Below are positions 1 to 9,984 of a stretch of DNA of 63,784 nt, one piece after another; position 1 is the first letter of the stretch, and each line of letters begins with the position of its first letter. This DNA is from Candidatus Symbiothrix sp. GTDB lineage: Bacteria > Bacteroidota > Bacteroidia > Bacteroidales > Azobacteroidaceae. Location of the stretch: NCBI GenBank assembly GCA_031272095.1, contig JAISUM010000023.1, positions 1 through 63,784 on the forward strand. Direction: 5' to 3'. The notes under the pieces are model-generated. The model had not been told where the DNA came from. It was given only the letters and a program-made list of their open reading frames with translations, and did no database searches. The translations under genes and the position numbers were made by a program.

Positions 1-140
1 TCAAGTTCGCGATATTCCTTGTTGAGTTTCACAAACCGTTTCATATCGGCAATCACGGCGGGGTCGGTAATGAGGGTCGAAACTTCCTCAAACCTGCCGC
101 TCAATGAATCTAATTTTTCGAGAAGGGAATTTTGGGACAT
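1..140 (-). CDS. prfA: Peptide chain release factor 1, 5' portion (runs off window start)
   Basis: Manual translation from ATG at 140 gives MSQNSLLEKLDSLSGRFEEVSTLITDPAVIADMKRFVKLNKEYREL, the typical Bacteroidales RF-1 N-terminus. A TAnnTTTG box lies at ~163-170 on the minus strand. Not in the ORF track. Confidence 0.88.
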   Translation of the reverse strand, partial: MSQNSLLEKLDSLSGRFEEVSTLITDPAVIADMKRFVKLNKEYREL

Positions 141-200
141 TATTCTTTAATTTTTCGGGCTGCAAAGTTAGCATAAAATTTTGAGCTACACAAAAATATT

Positions 201-455
201 TCAAATTATATCCCTGTGCGCCTGTCGTTTTTGTTCTTTTTCCGTTGCTTGGGCTTTGGCTTGGGTTTGCGGTGAGAAAAAGACGGCGCCGAATTTCTCC
301 CAGATATAGCTGATTGCCTGCGCATTGGGGTGCATCAGGTCGTCGGCATAAAAACGGTAGTCGCGCAAACGGTGCAGCAAGTTGTTCCATTGTTCTGTGA
401 TTTGGGCGACCGACAAACGTTCTTCGACAAAGCTATTTCCGTGCGGAATATCATG
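201..455 (-). pseudogene. Relic of a GSCFA-family (SGNH-like) gene, C-terminal fragment only
   Basis: LRDYRFYADDLMHPNAQAISYIWEKF matches the conserved GSCFA C-terminal motif. The N-terminal GSCFA motif and the central TVSP/YFPSYE block are absent. Confidence 0.65.
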
Positions 456-460
456 CGATG

Positions 461-2086
461 TCAAAATTTGACGCTTGCGCCCGCCATACAATACATACCT
501 TGCGAAGGATAGCCGTACCAAAAATCATATTTTTGGAACAGCAGATTGTTGGCTTCGACAAACAGCGAGACCTGCGAATTGAGCATATAATTTGCCGAAA
601 ATTTCAAATCATGAATATTTTTCATTTTTTCCGACAAGCCGTGGATATTGGCTTTCCGTCCGGTTTCCAAGTGATAATTCAAATCCATGCGGATAGGGAT
701 AGCGGGCAATTGATAGCCGACGGCGAGGTCTCCGGCAAAAATCGGGCGGTTCCAAGCGGCGGTTTCGTGTTTCATATTCCAATGGTTGAAAACGACTTGA
801 GCGCTGATGTCAAAGCTGTTACGATAGCTGTAAGTGGCTTTTCCGCCCAACGAAAAGACGCCGGCATTGTCATAAACAATCGAATCTGCCGTATAAAAAT
901 GTTCGTCTTTTATATATTTATAACCGGTGAAAATTTCAAATCCGGTGTTGATAAACGGCGAAAACGAAACGCCTAATTTGGCGTCCAAAGGACTGCCGGC
1001 ATCTTTCACCCGCCACATCGGAGCAATATAGCGATTTTCCTGTCGTACGTTGAAATGGCTGTTATCGACAAGCCCGCCATCTGCTATCGCGTAGAACAGC
1101 ACAGCATCCGTCGGTCGCCAACGGAAACTCACTTTGGGCGCGATCAGAATTTTGCGCACACCGCCCACGCGAATATTGGCAGTCAAACCCAAACGCGCAT
1201 CCCACAAGTCGTCTTCGTAATAAACGTAAGGATTCAGCACGAAGGTCGTATAATTGACATTGCCGGTCGCTTTGGCAATCGAATCCTGCAAAGGCGTGGA
1301 ATAGAGGTATGTCGTCATCGCAGCCGCAATACCCACCCAGTCTTTGTGCAGATCTATATCCGCCAAAATGCGATTTTCATTGCCGCCGGAATAGTCTTGC
1401 AAGACAGGATATTGCTGCGCAAACAAGGTGTAAGCTATATTCGCCTGCCAAAGAACATCCGCATTGGCGTCGGTCGTTCCCAATCCGATATATGTTTGCA
1501 AACGATGATTGCGGCGGCGTGTCATGGTTGTATCCAACCAACCGTAATCGTTGAAACGCAAGTAGTTGTATTGCAAACCGGCAGTCAGGCGCGTGCTTAA
1601 AAACTGATGCTCGAACTGTGTGCCGATCAGATTGTCGTTGATTTTCATGCGGGTATGTTCGTCCGCCTGCAAATAGCCGGTTGAAGTATTGCTCGATCGG
1701 TGCGAGGCAAAAATATTCCAGCGGGTTTTTTCCGTGTTGAAAATTTGATAACCTGCGTCGGCGTCTAAATGAAAAAGAAATCCCATCCCCAGCCGAACAT
1801 AAGCTTGTTGTTGCGAAGTTGCAAAATCGGTCATATAGACCGGCGCTTGAAAAGTTGAAAAATAAGGTGCAAGCGACGGTTCCATCGTGAAATTGGAGAA
1901 ACTGACCGCCGAGGTTGTCTTTTTGACCGGCTGAAGTTCCGGCGTATGATTGATTTTGTCGGCGTCGCGCACCGTCGGACTAAATTCTTTTTCCAAAGTC
2001 AATTCTCGCTGCAAATCAGAATTTTGCGCGAAAACAGCGTTTCCTGCGCACAAGGCGCATACAAGATAAAAAATCTTTCGTTTCAT
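461..2086 (-). CDS. Outer-membrane beta-barrel protein (TonB-dependent receptor-like, conserved Bacteroidales family)
   Basis: Signal peptide MKRKIFYLVCALCAGNAVFA, then LQRELTLEKEFSPTVRDADKI. Ends with NNLL..YD.W.GYP..G...MAGASVKF and a terminal Phe. Start moved to ATG 2086, downstream of the promoter box at ~2108-2115. Confidence 0.75.
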   Translation of the reverse strand: MKRKIFYLVCALCAGNAVFAQNSDLQRELTLEKEFSPTVRDADKINHTPELQPVKKTTSAVSFSNFTMEPSLAPYFSTFQAPVYMTDFATSQQQAYVRLGMGFLFHLDADAGYQIFNTEKTRWNIFASHRSSNTSTGYLQADEHTRMKINDNLIGTQFEHQFLSTRLTAGLQYNYLRFNDYGWLDTTMTRRRNHRLQTYIGLGTTDANADVLWQANIAYTLFAQQYPVLQDYSGGNENRILADIDLHKDWVGIAAAMTTYLYSTPLQDSIAKATGNVNYTTFVLNPYVYYEDDLWDARLGLTANIRVGGVRKILIAPKVSFRWRPTDAVLFYAIADGGLVDNSHFNVRQENRYIAPMWRVKDAGSPLDAKLGVSFSPFINTGFEIFTGYKYIKDEHFYTADSIVYDNAGVFSLGGKATYSYRNSFDISAQVVFNHWNMKHETAAWNRPIFAGDLAVGYQLPAIPIRMDLNYHLETGRKANIHGLSEKMKNIHDLKFSANYMLNSQVSLFVEANNLLFQKYDFWYGYPSQGMYCMAGASVKF

Positions 2087-2202
2087 GAGCAATTTTATTT
2101 GAGGCTGCAAAGGTAGCAAATTATTTTTAAATTTGCCAAATTCAAAAAAGAATAGTACCTTTGCCCGATTTTCAAGAAGAAAAAAATAGAAGAGATTATT
2201 TT

Positions 2203-4416
2203 ATGATTAATCCGACAGTAAAAACAATTACTTTGGGCGATGGCAGAACCATCACCCTCGAAACCGGCAAATTGGCGAAACAAGCCGACGGTTCGGTCGT
2301 GTTGCGAATGAACAACACTATGATGTTGGCTACGGTCTGCGCAGCCAAAGATGCAAATCCGGGTACTGATTTTATGCCCCTTCAAGTAGAGTACAAAGAA
2401 AAGTATTCTGCTTTCGGACGTTTCCCCGGCGGTTTTACCCGTCGCGAAGGACGCGCTTCCGATTACGAAATTTTGACGTGTCGTTTGGTTGACCGAGCCT
2501 TGCGCCCGCTGTTTCCCGACGATTTTCACGCAGAAGTGTTTGTGAATATTATCCTGTTCTCGACCGACGGTCAAGATATGCCCGATGCTTTAGCAGGATT
2601 GGCAGCATCGGCAGCTTTGGCAGTCAGCGATATTCCTTTTGGAGGACCGATTTCCGAAGTGCGTGTAGCACGGGTGGACGGTCAATTTGTAGTCAATCCC
2701 ACTTTCGACCAGTTGCAACGCGCCGATATGGACATTATGGTAGGCGCCACTATTGACAACATCATGATGGTAGAAGGCGAAATGAACGAAGTTTCCGAAG
2801 CAGAACTGCTCGAAGCCATTAAATTTGCGCACGAAGCCATCAAAGTACAGTGCCAAGCGCAACTCGAACTGATGGAAGCCGTCGGCAAAACCGAAAAACG
2901 GACTTATTGCCACGAAGTCAATGACGAAGACTTACGCGCCGACGTCAAAGCCAAACTCTACGACGCCGTCTATGCGATTGCAAAATCGGGACAAGGCAAA
3001 CACGAACGGACCGCCGCTTTTGAAAAAATTGTAGAAGATTATCAGGCGCAATTTTCGGAAGAAGAACTGACCGACGAAAAGCAAGCCCTCATCGCGCGTT
3101 ACTATCATGACGTCGAAAAAGAAGCGATGCGGCGCTGTATCTTGGACGAAGGCATTCGCTTGGATGGTCGTAAAACCACCGAAATCCGTCCGATCTGGTC
3201 GGAAGTGGATAGCATTCCGGGACCTCACGGCTCGGCAATCTTTACACGCGGCGAGACACAAGCATTGGCTACCGTTACGCTGGGTACCAAGTTGGATGAA
3301 AAAATCGTGGATGATGTGCTGAACAACGGCAAAGAACGTTTTCTGTTGCATTACAATTTCCCGCCCTTCGCAACCGGCGAAGCCAAACCGCAACGTGGCG
3401 TAGGTCGTCGCGAAGTCGGACACGGCAACTTGGCACACCGCGCACTCAAACCGATGATTCCCGAAAATTATCCCTACGTCATTCGTATCGTTTCCGATAT
3501 ATTGGAATCCAACGGCTCATCTTCGATGGCAACGGTTTGCGCCGGAACACTTTCGCTGATGGACGCCGGCGTGAATATCAAACGTCCGGTATCAGGTATC
3601 GCCATGGGGCTGATTTCCGAAAATAAAGGGAAAAATTATGCCGTCCTGTCGGATATTCTGGGCGACGAAGACCACTTGGGCGATATGGACTTCAAAGTAA
3701 CGGGAACCACACAAGGCATCACCGCTACACAGATGGACATCAAAGTCGATGGACTTTCGTATGAAATTTTGGAAAATGCGCTGGCACAGGCAAAAGAAGG
3801 ACGCGCTCATATCTTGGGCAAAATTTTGGAAACGATTGCCGAACCGCGTGCCGATCTCAAACCACACGCACCGCGTCTGGAAGTCATCGAAATTCCGAAA
3901 GAATTTATCGGAGCCGTCATCGGACCGGGCGGAAAAATCATACAAGGCATTCAGGAAGAAACCGGAGCCGTCATTACCATCGAAGAAATCGACAACATTG
4001 GTCGCGTAGAAATCGCATCCGCCAATAAAGCTTCGATCGATGCAGCTTTGGCAAGAGTGAAAGCCATTGTAGCCGTCCCCGAAGTCGGCGAAATCTATCA
4101 AGGTAAAATACAGTCAATTATGCCCTACGGCGCATTTGTCGAATTTATGCCGGGAAAAGACGGACTGTTACATATCTCCGAAATCGACTGGAAACGCTTG
4201 GAAACAGTTGAAGAAGCCGGTCTGAAAGAAGGCGACGCCATCGAAGTCAAATTGGTGGACATCGACCAAAAAACCGGTAAATTCAAACTGTCGCGCAAAG
4301 TCTTGTTGCCGCGTCCCGAAGGATACACGGAAAGACCTGAACGCCCTGAACGCGGAGACCGTCCTGAACGCCACGACCACAACAGAGGCAGACGACCCGA
4401 CCGCCGCGACCGTTAA
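2203..4416 (+). CDS. pnp: Polyribonucleotide nucleotidyltransferase (PNPase)
   Basis: [44 protein letters not shown] and GDMDFKV motifs, plus KH and S1 domains. Start at ATG 2203 after TACCTTTG at 2156. Confidence 0.98.
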   Translation: MINPTVKTITLGDGRTITLETGKLAKQADGSVVLRMNNTMMLATVCAAKDANPGTDFMPLQVEYKEKYSAFGRFPGGFTRREGRASDYEILTCRLVDRALRPLFPDDFHAEVFVNIILFSTDGQDMPDALAGLAASAALAVSDIPFGGPISEVRVARVDGQFVVNPTFDQLQRADMDIMVGATIDNIMMVEGEMNEVSEAELLEAIKFAHEAIKVQCQAQLELMEAVGKTEKRTYCHEVNDEDLRADVKAKLYDAVYAIAKSGQGKHERTAAFEKIVEDYQAQFSEEELTDEKQALIARYYHDVEKEAMRRCILDEGIRLDGRKTTEIRPIWSEVDSIPGPHGSAIFTRGETQALATVTLGTKLDEKIVDDVLNNGKERFLLHYNFPPFATGEAKPQRGVGRREVGHGNLAHRALKPMIPENYPYVIRIVSDILESNGSSSMATVCAGTLSLMDAGVNIKRPVSGIAMGLISENKGKNYAVLSDILGDEDHLGDMDFKVTGTTQGITATQMDIKVDGLSYEILENALAQAKEGRAHILGKILETIAEPRADLKPHAPRLEVIEIPKEFIGAVIGPGGKIIQGIQEETGAVITIEEIDNIGRVEIASANKASIDAALARVKAIVAVPEVGEIYQGKIQSIMPYGAFVEFMPGKDGLLHISEIDWKRLETVEEAGLKEGDAIEVKLVDIDQKTGKFKLSRKVLLPRPEGYTERPERPERGDRPERHDHNRGRRPDRRDR

Positions 4417-4432
4417 GCTCAATGCTAAAAAC

Positions 4433-4473
4433 AGGAAAGCGCGGCGAGTATCACCCCGCCGCACTTTCCTTTT
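4433..4473 (+). terminator. Probable intrinsic terminator after pnp
   Basis: Stem AGGAAAGCGCGGCG...CGCCGCACTTTCCT followed by TTT. Confidence 0.6.
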
Positions 4474-4490
4474 CATCAAATAATTATTTT

Positions 4491-4826
4491 ATGAATCCCG
4501 AAGATTTACAAACAAAAGATGATGTTCCCCGAAAGCGGGACGAAGTGAGAAAATATGCCTTTGTAACAAAAAGGGCATTGGAAGCCGACCATATCGGCTA
4601 TTGTTACAGAGAAACCCCCGAAAACGATATCGACAGCGGTTGGCGCTTTCTCTATGGAGATGAAGACGATGATTATTTAGACAACCCTACGCACGTCGAA
4701 ACAGTCTATCCAGAAGATATGCTGTCCATCAATCCGGCTTTAGATTTGGTGCTGGGTGCGCCCGTAGGCTTGGAATTTGAATGGAATCTCGACTCGGAAA
4801 CTTATGACGAAATAGTAGATCTGTGA
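4491..4826 (+). CDS. DUF2185 / Imm33-like domain protein
   Basis: IGYCYRE.PENDIDSGWRFLYGDEDDDYLDNP motif. ATG 4491 follows an AT-rich leader. Confidence 0.75.
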   Translation: MNPEDLQTKDDVPRKRDEVRKYAFVTKRALEADHIGYCYRETPENDIDSGWRFLYGDEDDDYLDNPTHVETVYPEDMLSINPALDLVLGAPVGLEFEWNLDSETYDEIVDL

Positions 4827-5353
4827 ACAAAATCTTTTTAATCGGCTATATGGGCGCCGGGAAAACCACACTCGGCAAAGAGTTGGCAAACCGACTCAAC
4901 ACCCCCCTGATTGATACCGATTTGTTTATCGAAAACCGATACCGCAAAAGCATCAGCGATATGTTTGCCGAACACGGCGAATCGGGTTTCCGAGAAATCG
5001 AACGCAAAATCCTGTACGAAATAGCCGATTTTGAAGATGTAGTAGTCGCCACCGGCGGCGGAATGCCCTGTTTTTTCGACAATATGGATTGTATGAACCG
5101 CGCCGGAAAGACAGTCTATCTGCAAGTCCCCGAAGAAGAATTGGCGGCACGACTGTATTTGCTGAAAAGGACACGACCCTTGATCAAAAACAAAACCCAA
5201 GACGAAATCCGACAATTTATTGCAGAAACACTGAATTTTCGAGAAAAATGGTATCTGCAAGCACAAGTCGTATTCCCTGTATATCAGATGAATAACCGTG
5301 CGGAAGTCCGTCGGCTCGCAAACGAATTGATTGAAAAATTAGAAATTCAGTGA
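4823..5353 (+). CDS. aroK: Shikimate kinase
   Basis: GYMGAGKTT P-loop, plus GESGFREIE, ATGGG and RPL motifs. Confidence 0.95.
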   Translation: MNKIFLIGYMGAGKTTLGKELANRLNTPLIDTDLFIENRYRKSISDMFAEHGESGFREIERKILYEIADFEDVVVATGGGMPCFFDNMDCMNRAGKTVYLQVPEEELAARLYLLKRTRPLIKNKTQDEIRQFIAETLNFREKWYLQAQVVFPVYQMNNRAEVRRLANELIEKLEIQ

Positions 5354-5436
5354 AATATTGCCACTTTTTCGTTTTATTGTATGTTATTTCGTGATTTTTT
5401 CGTACCTTTGCGCTTTCTAAAAATTAATACATAATC

Positions 5437-7728
5437 ATGGCAAAAAGTTTTGTAGAAAGAGCATTGGCTTATCATGCGATGGGTAAGCCGGGAAAAATAG
5501 AAGTTGTCCCCACCAAACCGCACAGTACTCAATACGATTTATCGTTAGCATATTCACCCGGCGTGGCAGAGCCTTGTCTCGCCATAGAAAAAGACGCCGC
5601 AAAAGCATACGATTATACCGCCAAAGGCAATTTAGTCGCCGTCATTTCCAATGGTACCGCCGTTTTGGGTTTGGGCGACATCGGCGCATTGTCGGGCAAA
5701 CCGGTGATGGAAGGTAAAGGATTGTTGTTCAAGATCTTCGCAGGCATCGACGTGTTCGACATCGAAATCGCCGAAAAAGACCCCGATAAATTTATAGAGG
5801 CAGTCAAAGCCATTGCACCTACTTTCGGCGGCATCAATCTGGAAGACATCAAAGCGCCGGAATGTTTTGAAATCGAACGCCGCCTGAAAGCCGAATTGGA
5901 TATTCCGGTGATGCACGACGATCAGCACGGCACCGCCATCATCTCGTCCGCCGGTCTGCTCAACGCTTTGGAATTGGCAGGCAAACAGATCGAAGAAGTG
6001 AAAATCGTCGTCAATGGCGCAGGTGCCTCCGCAAGTTCCTGTACGCGACTGTATATGGCTTTGGGCGCACGCAAAGAAAACATCGTGATGTGCGACAGCA
6101 AAGGCGTTATCACGACACGTCGCCCCAATCTGACCGAAGAAAAAGCATTTTTCGCCACCGACCGCAATATCAGTACGCTTGCCGAAGCCTTGGTGGACGC
6201 CGACGTATTTCTGGGGCTGTCGGTCGCCGATGTGCTGACGCCGGAAATGGTGCAAACAATGGCACACGACCCGATTGTGTTCGCATTAGCAAATCCCAAT
6301 CCCGAAATAGCCTACGACAAAGCCACCACAGCGCGAACGGATTTGATCTTCGCTACCGGACGTTCCGATTATCCCAATCAGGTCAATAATGTTTTGGGCT
6401 TTCCGTATATTTTTCGCGGCGCATTGGATACGCGGGCAACAACCATTAACGAAGAAATGAAATTGGCAGCGGTGCGAGCCATTGCCGATTTGGCAAAAGA
6501 AGCCGTTCCCGATGTGGTGAATGCCGCCTACGGATTGTCGAATATCGTCTTCGGACGCACCTATATCATCCCCAAGCCGATGGATCCGCGCCTGCTGACC
6601 AGCGTTTCGGTCGCAGTAGCAAAAGCGGCAATTGCATCAGGCGTCGCAAGAAAAGAGATTACCGACTGGGAAAAATATGCCGATTCGTTGCGCGATTTGA
6701 TGGGCTATGACAATAAACTGATCCGCGATTTGAGCGAAATGGCAATCAAAAATCCGAAAAGGGTGGTCTTCGCCGAAGGCTCTCACGAAAATATGCTGAA
6801 AGCCGCCGCACAAGTCCGCGACGAAGGTATTGCCTATCCTATTCTGCTCGGCAACGACGAAAGAATAGAAAAATTGGCGCTCGAACATCACATCGACCTC
6901 GCCGGAATCGAAATTGTCAACCTGCGCCACGACCGCGAAATGGAACGCCGCCAGCGATACGCCGCCATTTTAGCTGAGAAACGGGCGCGTGAAGGCGCTA
7001 CGCTCGACGAAGCGTTGGACAAAATGTTTGAACGCAACTATTTCGGCATGATGATGGTTGAAACGGGAGATGCAGACGCCTTTGTTACAGGCGTTTATAC
7101 AAAATATTCCAATACCATCAAAGTCGCCAAAGAAGTGATAGGCATCCGCGAAGGCTTTCATACTTTCGGAGCGATGCATATTCTCACCGGCAAAAAAGGC
7201 ACCTATTTTTTAGCGGATACGCTGATCAATCGCCACCCCAGCACGGAAGTTTTGATTGATATAGCGCGGCTCTCGATGGATACTGTGCAATTTTTCGCTC
7301 AGAAACCGGTGATGGCAGCCATCTCCTACTCCAATTTCGGCAGCGACACCGAAGGCAGTCCGGCAAGTATGCACGAAGTCGTCAGAGTGATGCAGGAACA
7401 ATATCCCGATTTGGCAATCGACGGCGAAATGCAAGTCAGTTTTGCCTTGAACAAAGCCCTGCGCGACCGTAAATATCCATTCAGCAAGTTGCTCAATAAA
7501 GATGTTAATACACTGATATTCCCGAATTTAAGTTCGGCAAATATTGCACAAAAACTCTTACAGGAATTTGAAGTCGGCGATATGATCGGTCCTATCCAAA
7601 TGGGACTGAAAAAGCCGATCCATTTCACCGACATCGAAAGCTCGGTGCGCGACATTGTCAATATTACTACCGTCGCCGTGATCGACGCCATCGTTCAGCA
7701 AAAAATAGAAACCCAAGATAATAAATGA
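5437..7728 (+). CDS. maeB: NADP-dependent malic enzyme with PTA-like C-terminal domain
   Basis: LSLAYSPGVAEPC, SNGTAVLGLG, INLEDIKAPECF, HDDQHGTA and ATGRSDYPNQVNN motifs. C-terminal PTA domain (DGEMQ, FPNL, GPI). Confidence 0.96.
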   Translation: MAKSFVERALAYHAMGKPGKIEVVPTKPHSTQYDLSLAYSPGVAEPCLAIEKDAAKAYDYTAKGNLVAVISNGTAVLGLGDIGALSGKPVMEGKGLLFKIFAGIDVFDIEIAEKDPDKFIEAVKAIAPTFGGINLEDIKAPECFEIERRLKAELDIPVMHDDQHGTAIISSAGLLNALELAGKQIEEVKIVVNGAGASASSCTRLYMALGARKENIVMCDSKGVITTRRPNLTEEKAFFATDRNISTLAEALVDADVFLGLSVADVLTPEMVQTMAHDPIVFALANPNPEIAYDKATTARTDLIFATGRSDYPNQVNNVLGFPYIFRGALDTRATTINEEMKLAAVRAIADLAKEAVPDVVNAAYGLSNIVFGRTYIIPKPMDPRLLTSVSVAVAKAAIASGVARKEITDWEKYADSLRDLMGYDNKLIRDLSEMAIKNPKRVVFAEGSHENMLKAAAQVRDEGIAYPILLGNDERIEKLALEHHIDLAGIEIVNLRHDREMERRQRYAAILAEKRAREGATLDEALDKMFERNYFGMMMVETGDADAFVTGVYTKYSNTIKVAKEVIGIREGFHTFGAMHILTGKKGTYFLADTLINRHPSTEVLIDIARLSMDTVQFFAQKPVMAAISYSNFGSDTEGSPASMHEVVRVMQEQYPDLAIDGEMQVSFALNKALRDRKYPFSKLLNKDVNTLIFPNLSSANIAQKLLQEFEVGDMIGPIQMGLKKPIHFTDIESSVRDIVNITTVAVIDAIVQQKIETQDNK

Positions 7729-8831
7729 TCATAGAACGGCTGTCGGTACTGAATTTCAAAAATATCGAAGAGACAGAATTGAACTTTTCACCCAAAATGA
7801 ATTGTCTGTTCGGCGATAACGGGATGGGTAAAACCAATCTCTTGGACGCCTTGTATTACTTGTCCTTTACGAAAAATTATACCAATCTCCACGATTCGAT
7901 GTTGATTTTTCACAACCGAGAATTTGCCGTTTTGCAAGGCGTATATCTTTCCGAACAGGGCAAACAGGAAATCTATTGTGCTATCCGTCAAGGCAAAAAG
8001 AAAATATTGAAATGCAATAAAAAAGAATACGAGCGGCTGTCGGAACATATAGGGCTGATTCCTTTGGTGATGATTTCTCCGGCAGACAGCGAATTGATTC
8101 GAGGCGGCAGCGACGAGCGACGCAAGTTCATCGATATGCTGATTTGCCAATACGACCGCGAATATATGCACGCTTTGATGCAATACAACAAGGCGCTCCT
8201 GCAACGAAACGCCTTGCTGAAAACAGAGGGCGCCGACGAGATTTTCGACCTCTGGGAAGAACGCATGGATCAAATGGCTCGCGTGATCTACGTCAAACGG
8301 AAAGCGCTGATTGATACGTTTTTGCCTGTCTTTCAGACCTATTATCACGAAATTGCCAACGAAAGCGAACAGGTCGCCTTGAAATACGAATCGCAGTTGC
8401 ACAACAACGCCTCGTTACTCACGATGCTGACAGCCCGCCGCGAACGTGACAAAATTTTGGGATATACCAGCGCCGGTATCCACAAAGACGATTTTGCCTT
8501 CCTGTTAGACGATTACCTGATCCGTAAAATCGGTTCGCAGGGACAAAACAAAACTTATCTTATCGCTTTGAAATTGGCGCAATTCCGGCTGCTGACACAA
8601 AAAAACACCTCGACGCCACTCTTGTTGTTGGACGATTTGTTCGATAAATTAGACGCTATCCGCGTCGAACGCATCGTGCGATTGGTTACGCAAGACGAAT
8701 TTGGACAGATTTTCATCACCGACACCAACCGCCAATATTTAGACGCTATTTTGGCGAAAATGCAGTCGGATTACCGCTTGTTTCAAGTAGAAAACGGACA
8801 AATATGGAACGCAAACACCTCGAACCCCTGA
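7725..8831 (+). CDS. recF: DNA replication/repair protein RecF
   Basis: GDNGMGKTNLLDA Walker A, ERRKFID, GSQGQNK, and LLLDDLFDKLD Walker B. Confidence 0.96.
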   Translation: MIIERLSVLNFKNIEETELNFSPKMNCLFGDNGMGKTNLLDALYYLSFTKNYTNLHDSMLIFHNREFAVLQGVYLSEQGKQEIYCAIRQGKKKILKCNKKEYERLSEHIGLIPLVMISPADSELIRGGSDERRKFIDMLICQYDREYMHALMQYNKALLQRNALLKTEGADEIFDLWEERMDQMARVIYVKRKALIDTFLPVFQTYYHEIANESEQVALKYESQLHNNASLLTMLTARRERDKILGYTSAGIHKDDFAFLLDDYLIRKIGSQGQNKTYLIALKLAQFRLLTQKNTSTPLLLLDDLFDKLDAIRVERIVRLVTQDEFGQIFITDTNRQYLDAILAKMQSDYRLFQVENGQIWNANTSNP

Positions 8832-9097
8832 AAAATGTCTTGCACGCCTTTTTGGAGAGCAATCCGCATTTAGCCAACGGCTTGGCGGAAACGCAAGTGA
8901 TCGACTATTGGCAGCATCAAATGGGCGTTGCTATCGCGCGTTATACGTCGCAATTATCCATCCGCAAGCGCGTTTTGTATGTCAAATTAACATCCTCCGT
9001 CCTGAAAAACGAACTGCTGATGCACCGCGAACATCTGATAGGCAAACTCAATGGCGCCGTCGGTCGCTCGGTGTTAGATAATATTGTGTTTTTATGA
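8804..9097 (+). CDS. DUF721/DciA-family protein
   Basis: Follows recF. Carries the W..MG..IARYT..L.IR..VLYVKL.SSVLKNEL pattern. Confidence 0.8.
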   Translation: MERKHLEPLKNVLHAFLESNPHLANGLAETQVIDYWQHQMGVAIARYTSQLSIRKRVLYVKLTSSVLKNELLMHREHLIGKLNGAVGRSVLDNIVFL

Positions 9098-9124
9098 TTT
9101 TTTGTATTTTCGTATTCAAAAAAA

Positions 9125-9955
9125 TTAATAATATTCAAGTTCTAAAGCCAATTCTTCCGGGCGAGCGCCATCCCAATTAAGAGTACTGAAAACTTTGGTA
9201 ATGTAGCCGTCTGCGTTAAATTCGTAGCGGTAAGTTTCTGTCAGGTCGTATTTTTCTCCCTCGTAGGCAGGTCCTTTTTGAATCTTTTTTGTAATCAAAT
9301 GTTTGCTGCCCGCGCCCAGATTGCCGTCGAAGAAAATAAACATTGTGCCTGCATAATATTCCTGTAGCGCCATACAAAATGAAATATCAAAGTTTGTTGC
9401 GGGATATTCCTGTGTTGAATATTCAAAAGTTGTAGATAAATAACCATCGCGCGAAACGCCCTTTTGGTCACCAACGACAGCGTATAAATCACCGCTGTTC
9501 CACTGAATTTGCGAAACAAAGTAAAATTCCTGATAATCGTTGGGATTGTACCGAATTTCAGACAATCGGTTTTCATATTTTTCATCGTAATACGCATAGT
9601 CGTAGATGCTGTTATCATCAATAAAATAAATGTAATGAACGTGATAATCGGCATTTCCGCCAATGGTACCGCCTTTGATGCTGACATTGCCGTCGAACAT
9701 CACATTTTGGCGTGTTTCTACGCCTGTGTCCTCGTTATACACCATTTGATTGATGCCTGCAACATAGCCCTCGGCGTTGTAGATTACGCTGTCGCCGTTA
9801 ATACTTTTCACCTTGCCGGTCAAAGCGGGATTTTTACTATTGTCCGGATTTTCATCTTCATTTTCATTTGATTCGCAAGCCGCGAACATTGTTACTCCTG
9901 CGAGGCAGATTGCTGTCGCAACCACATTCCTCAAAAAATAATACTTCTTTTGCAT
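9125..9955 (-). CDS. Hypothetical lipoprotein (DUF4595-like beta-rich)
   Basis: Lipobox FAAC followed by an acidic export signal ESNENEDE. C-terminal YRYEFNADGYITKV. Confidence 0.7.
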   Translation of the reverse strand: MQKKYYFLRNVVATAICLAGVTMFAACESNENEDENPDNSKNPALTGKVKSINGDSVIYNAEGYVAGINQMVYNEDTGVETRQNVMFDGNVSIKGGTIGGNADYHVHYIYFIDDNSIYDYAYYDEKYENRLSEIRYNPNDYQEFYFVSQIQWNSGDLYAVVGDQKGVSRDGYLSTTFEYSTQEYPATNFDISFCMALQEYYAGTMFIFFDGNLGAGSKHLITKKIQKGPAYEGEKYDLTETYRYEFNADGYITKVFSTLNWDGARPEELALELEYY

Positions 9956-9984
9956 AAAAAATTAATGATTTATGTATTAATAAA

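Noticed and set aside
4320-4416. [14 protein letters not shown] repeats at the pnp 3' end
   Set aside because: A common low-complexity charged tail of Bacteroidota PNPase.
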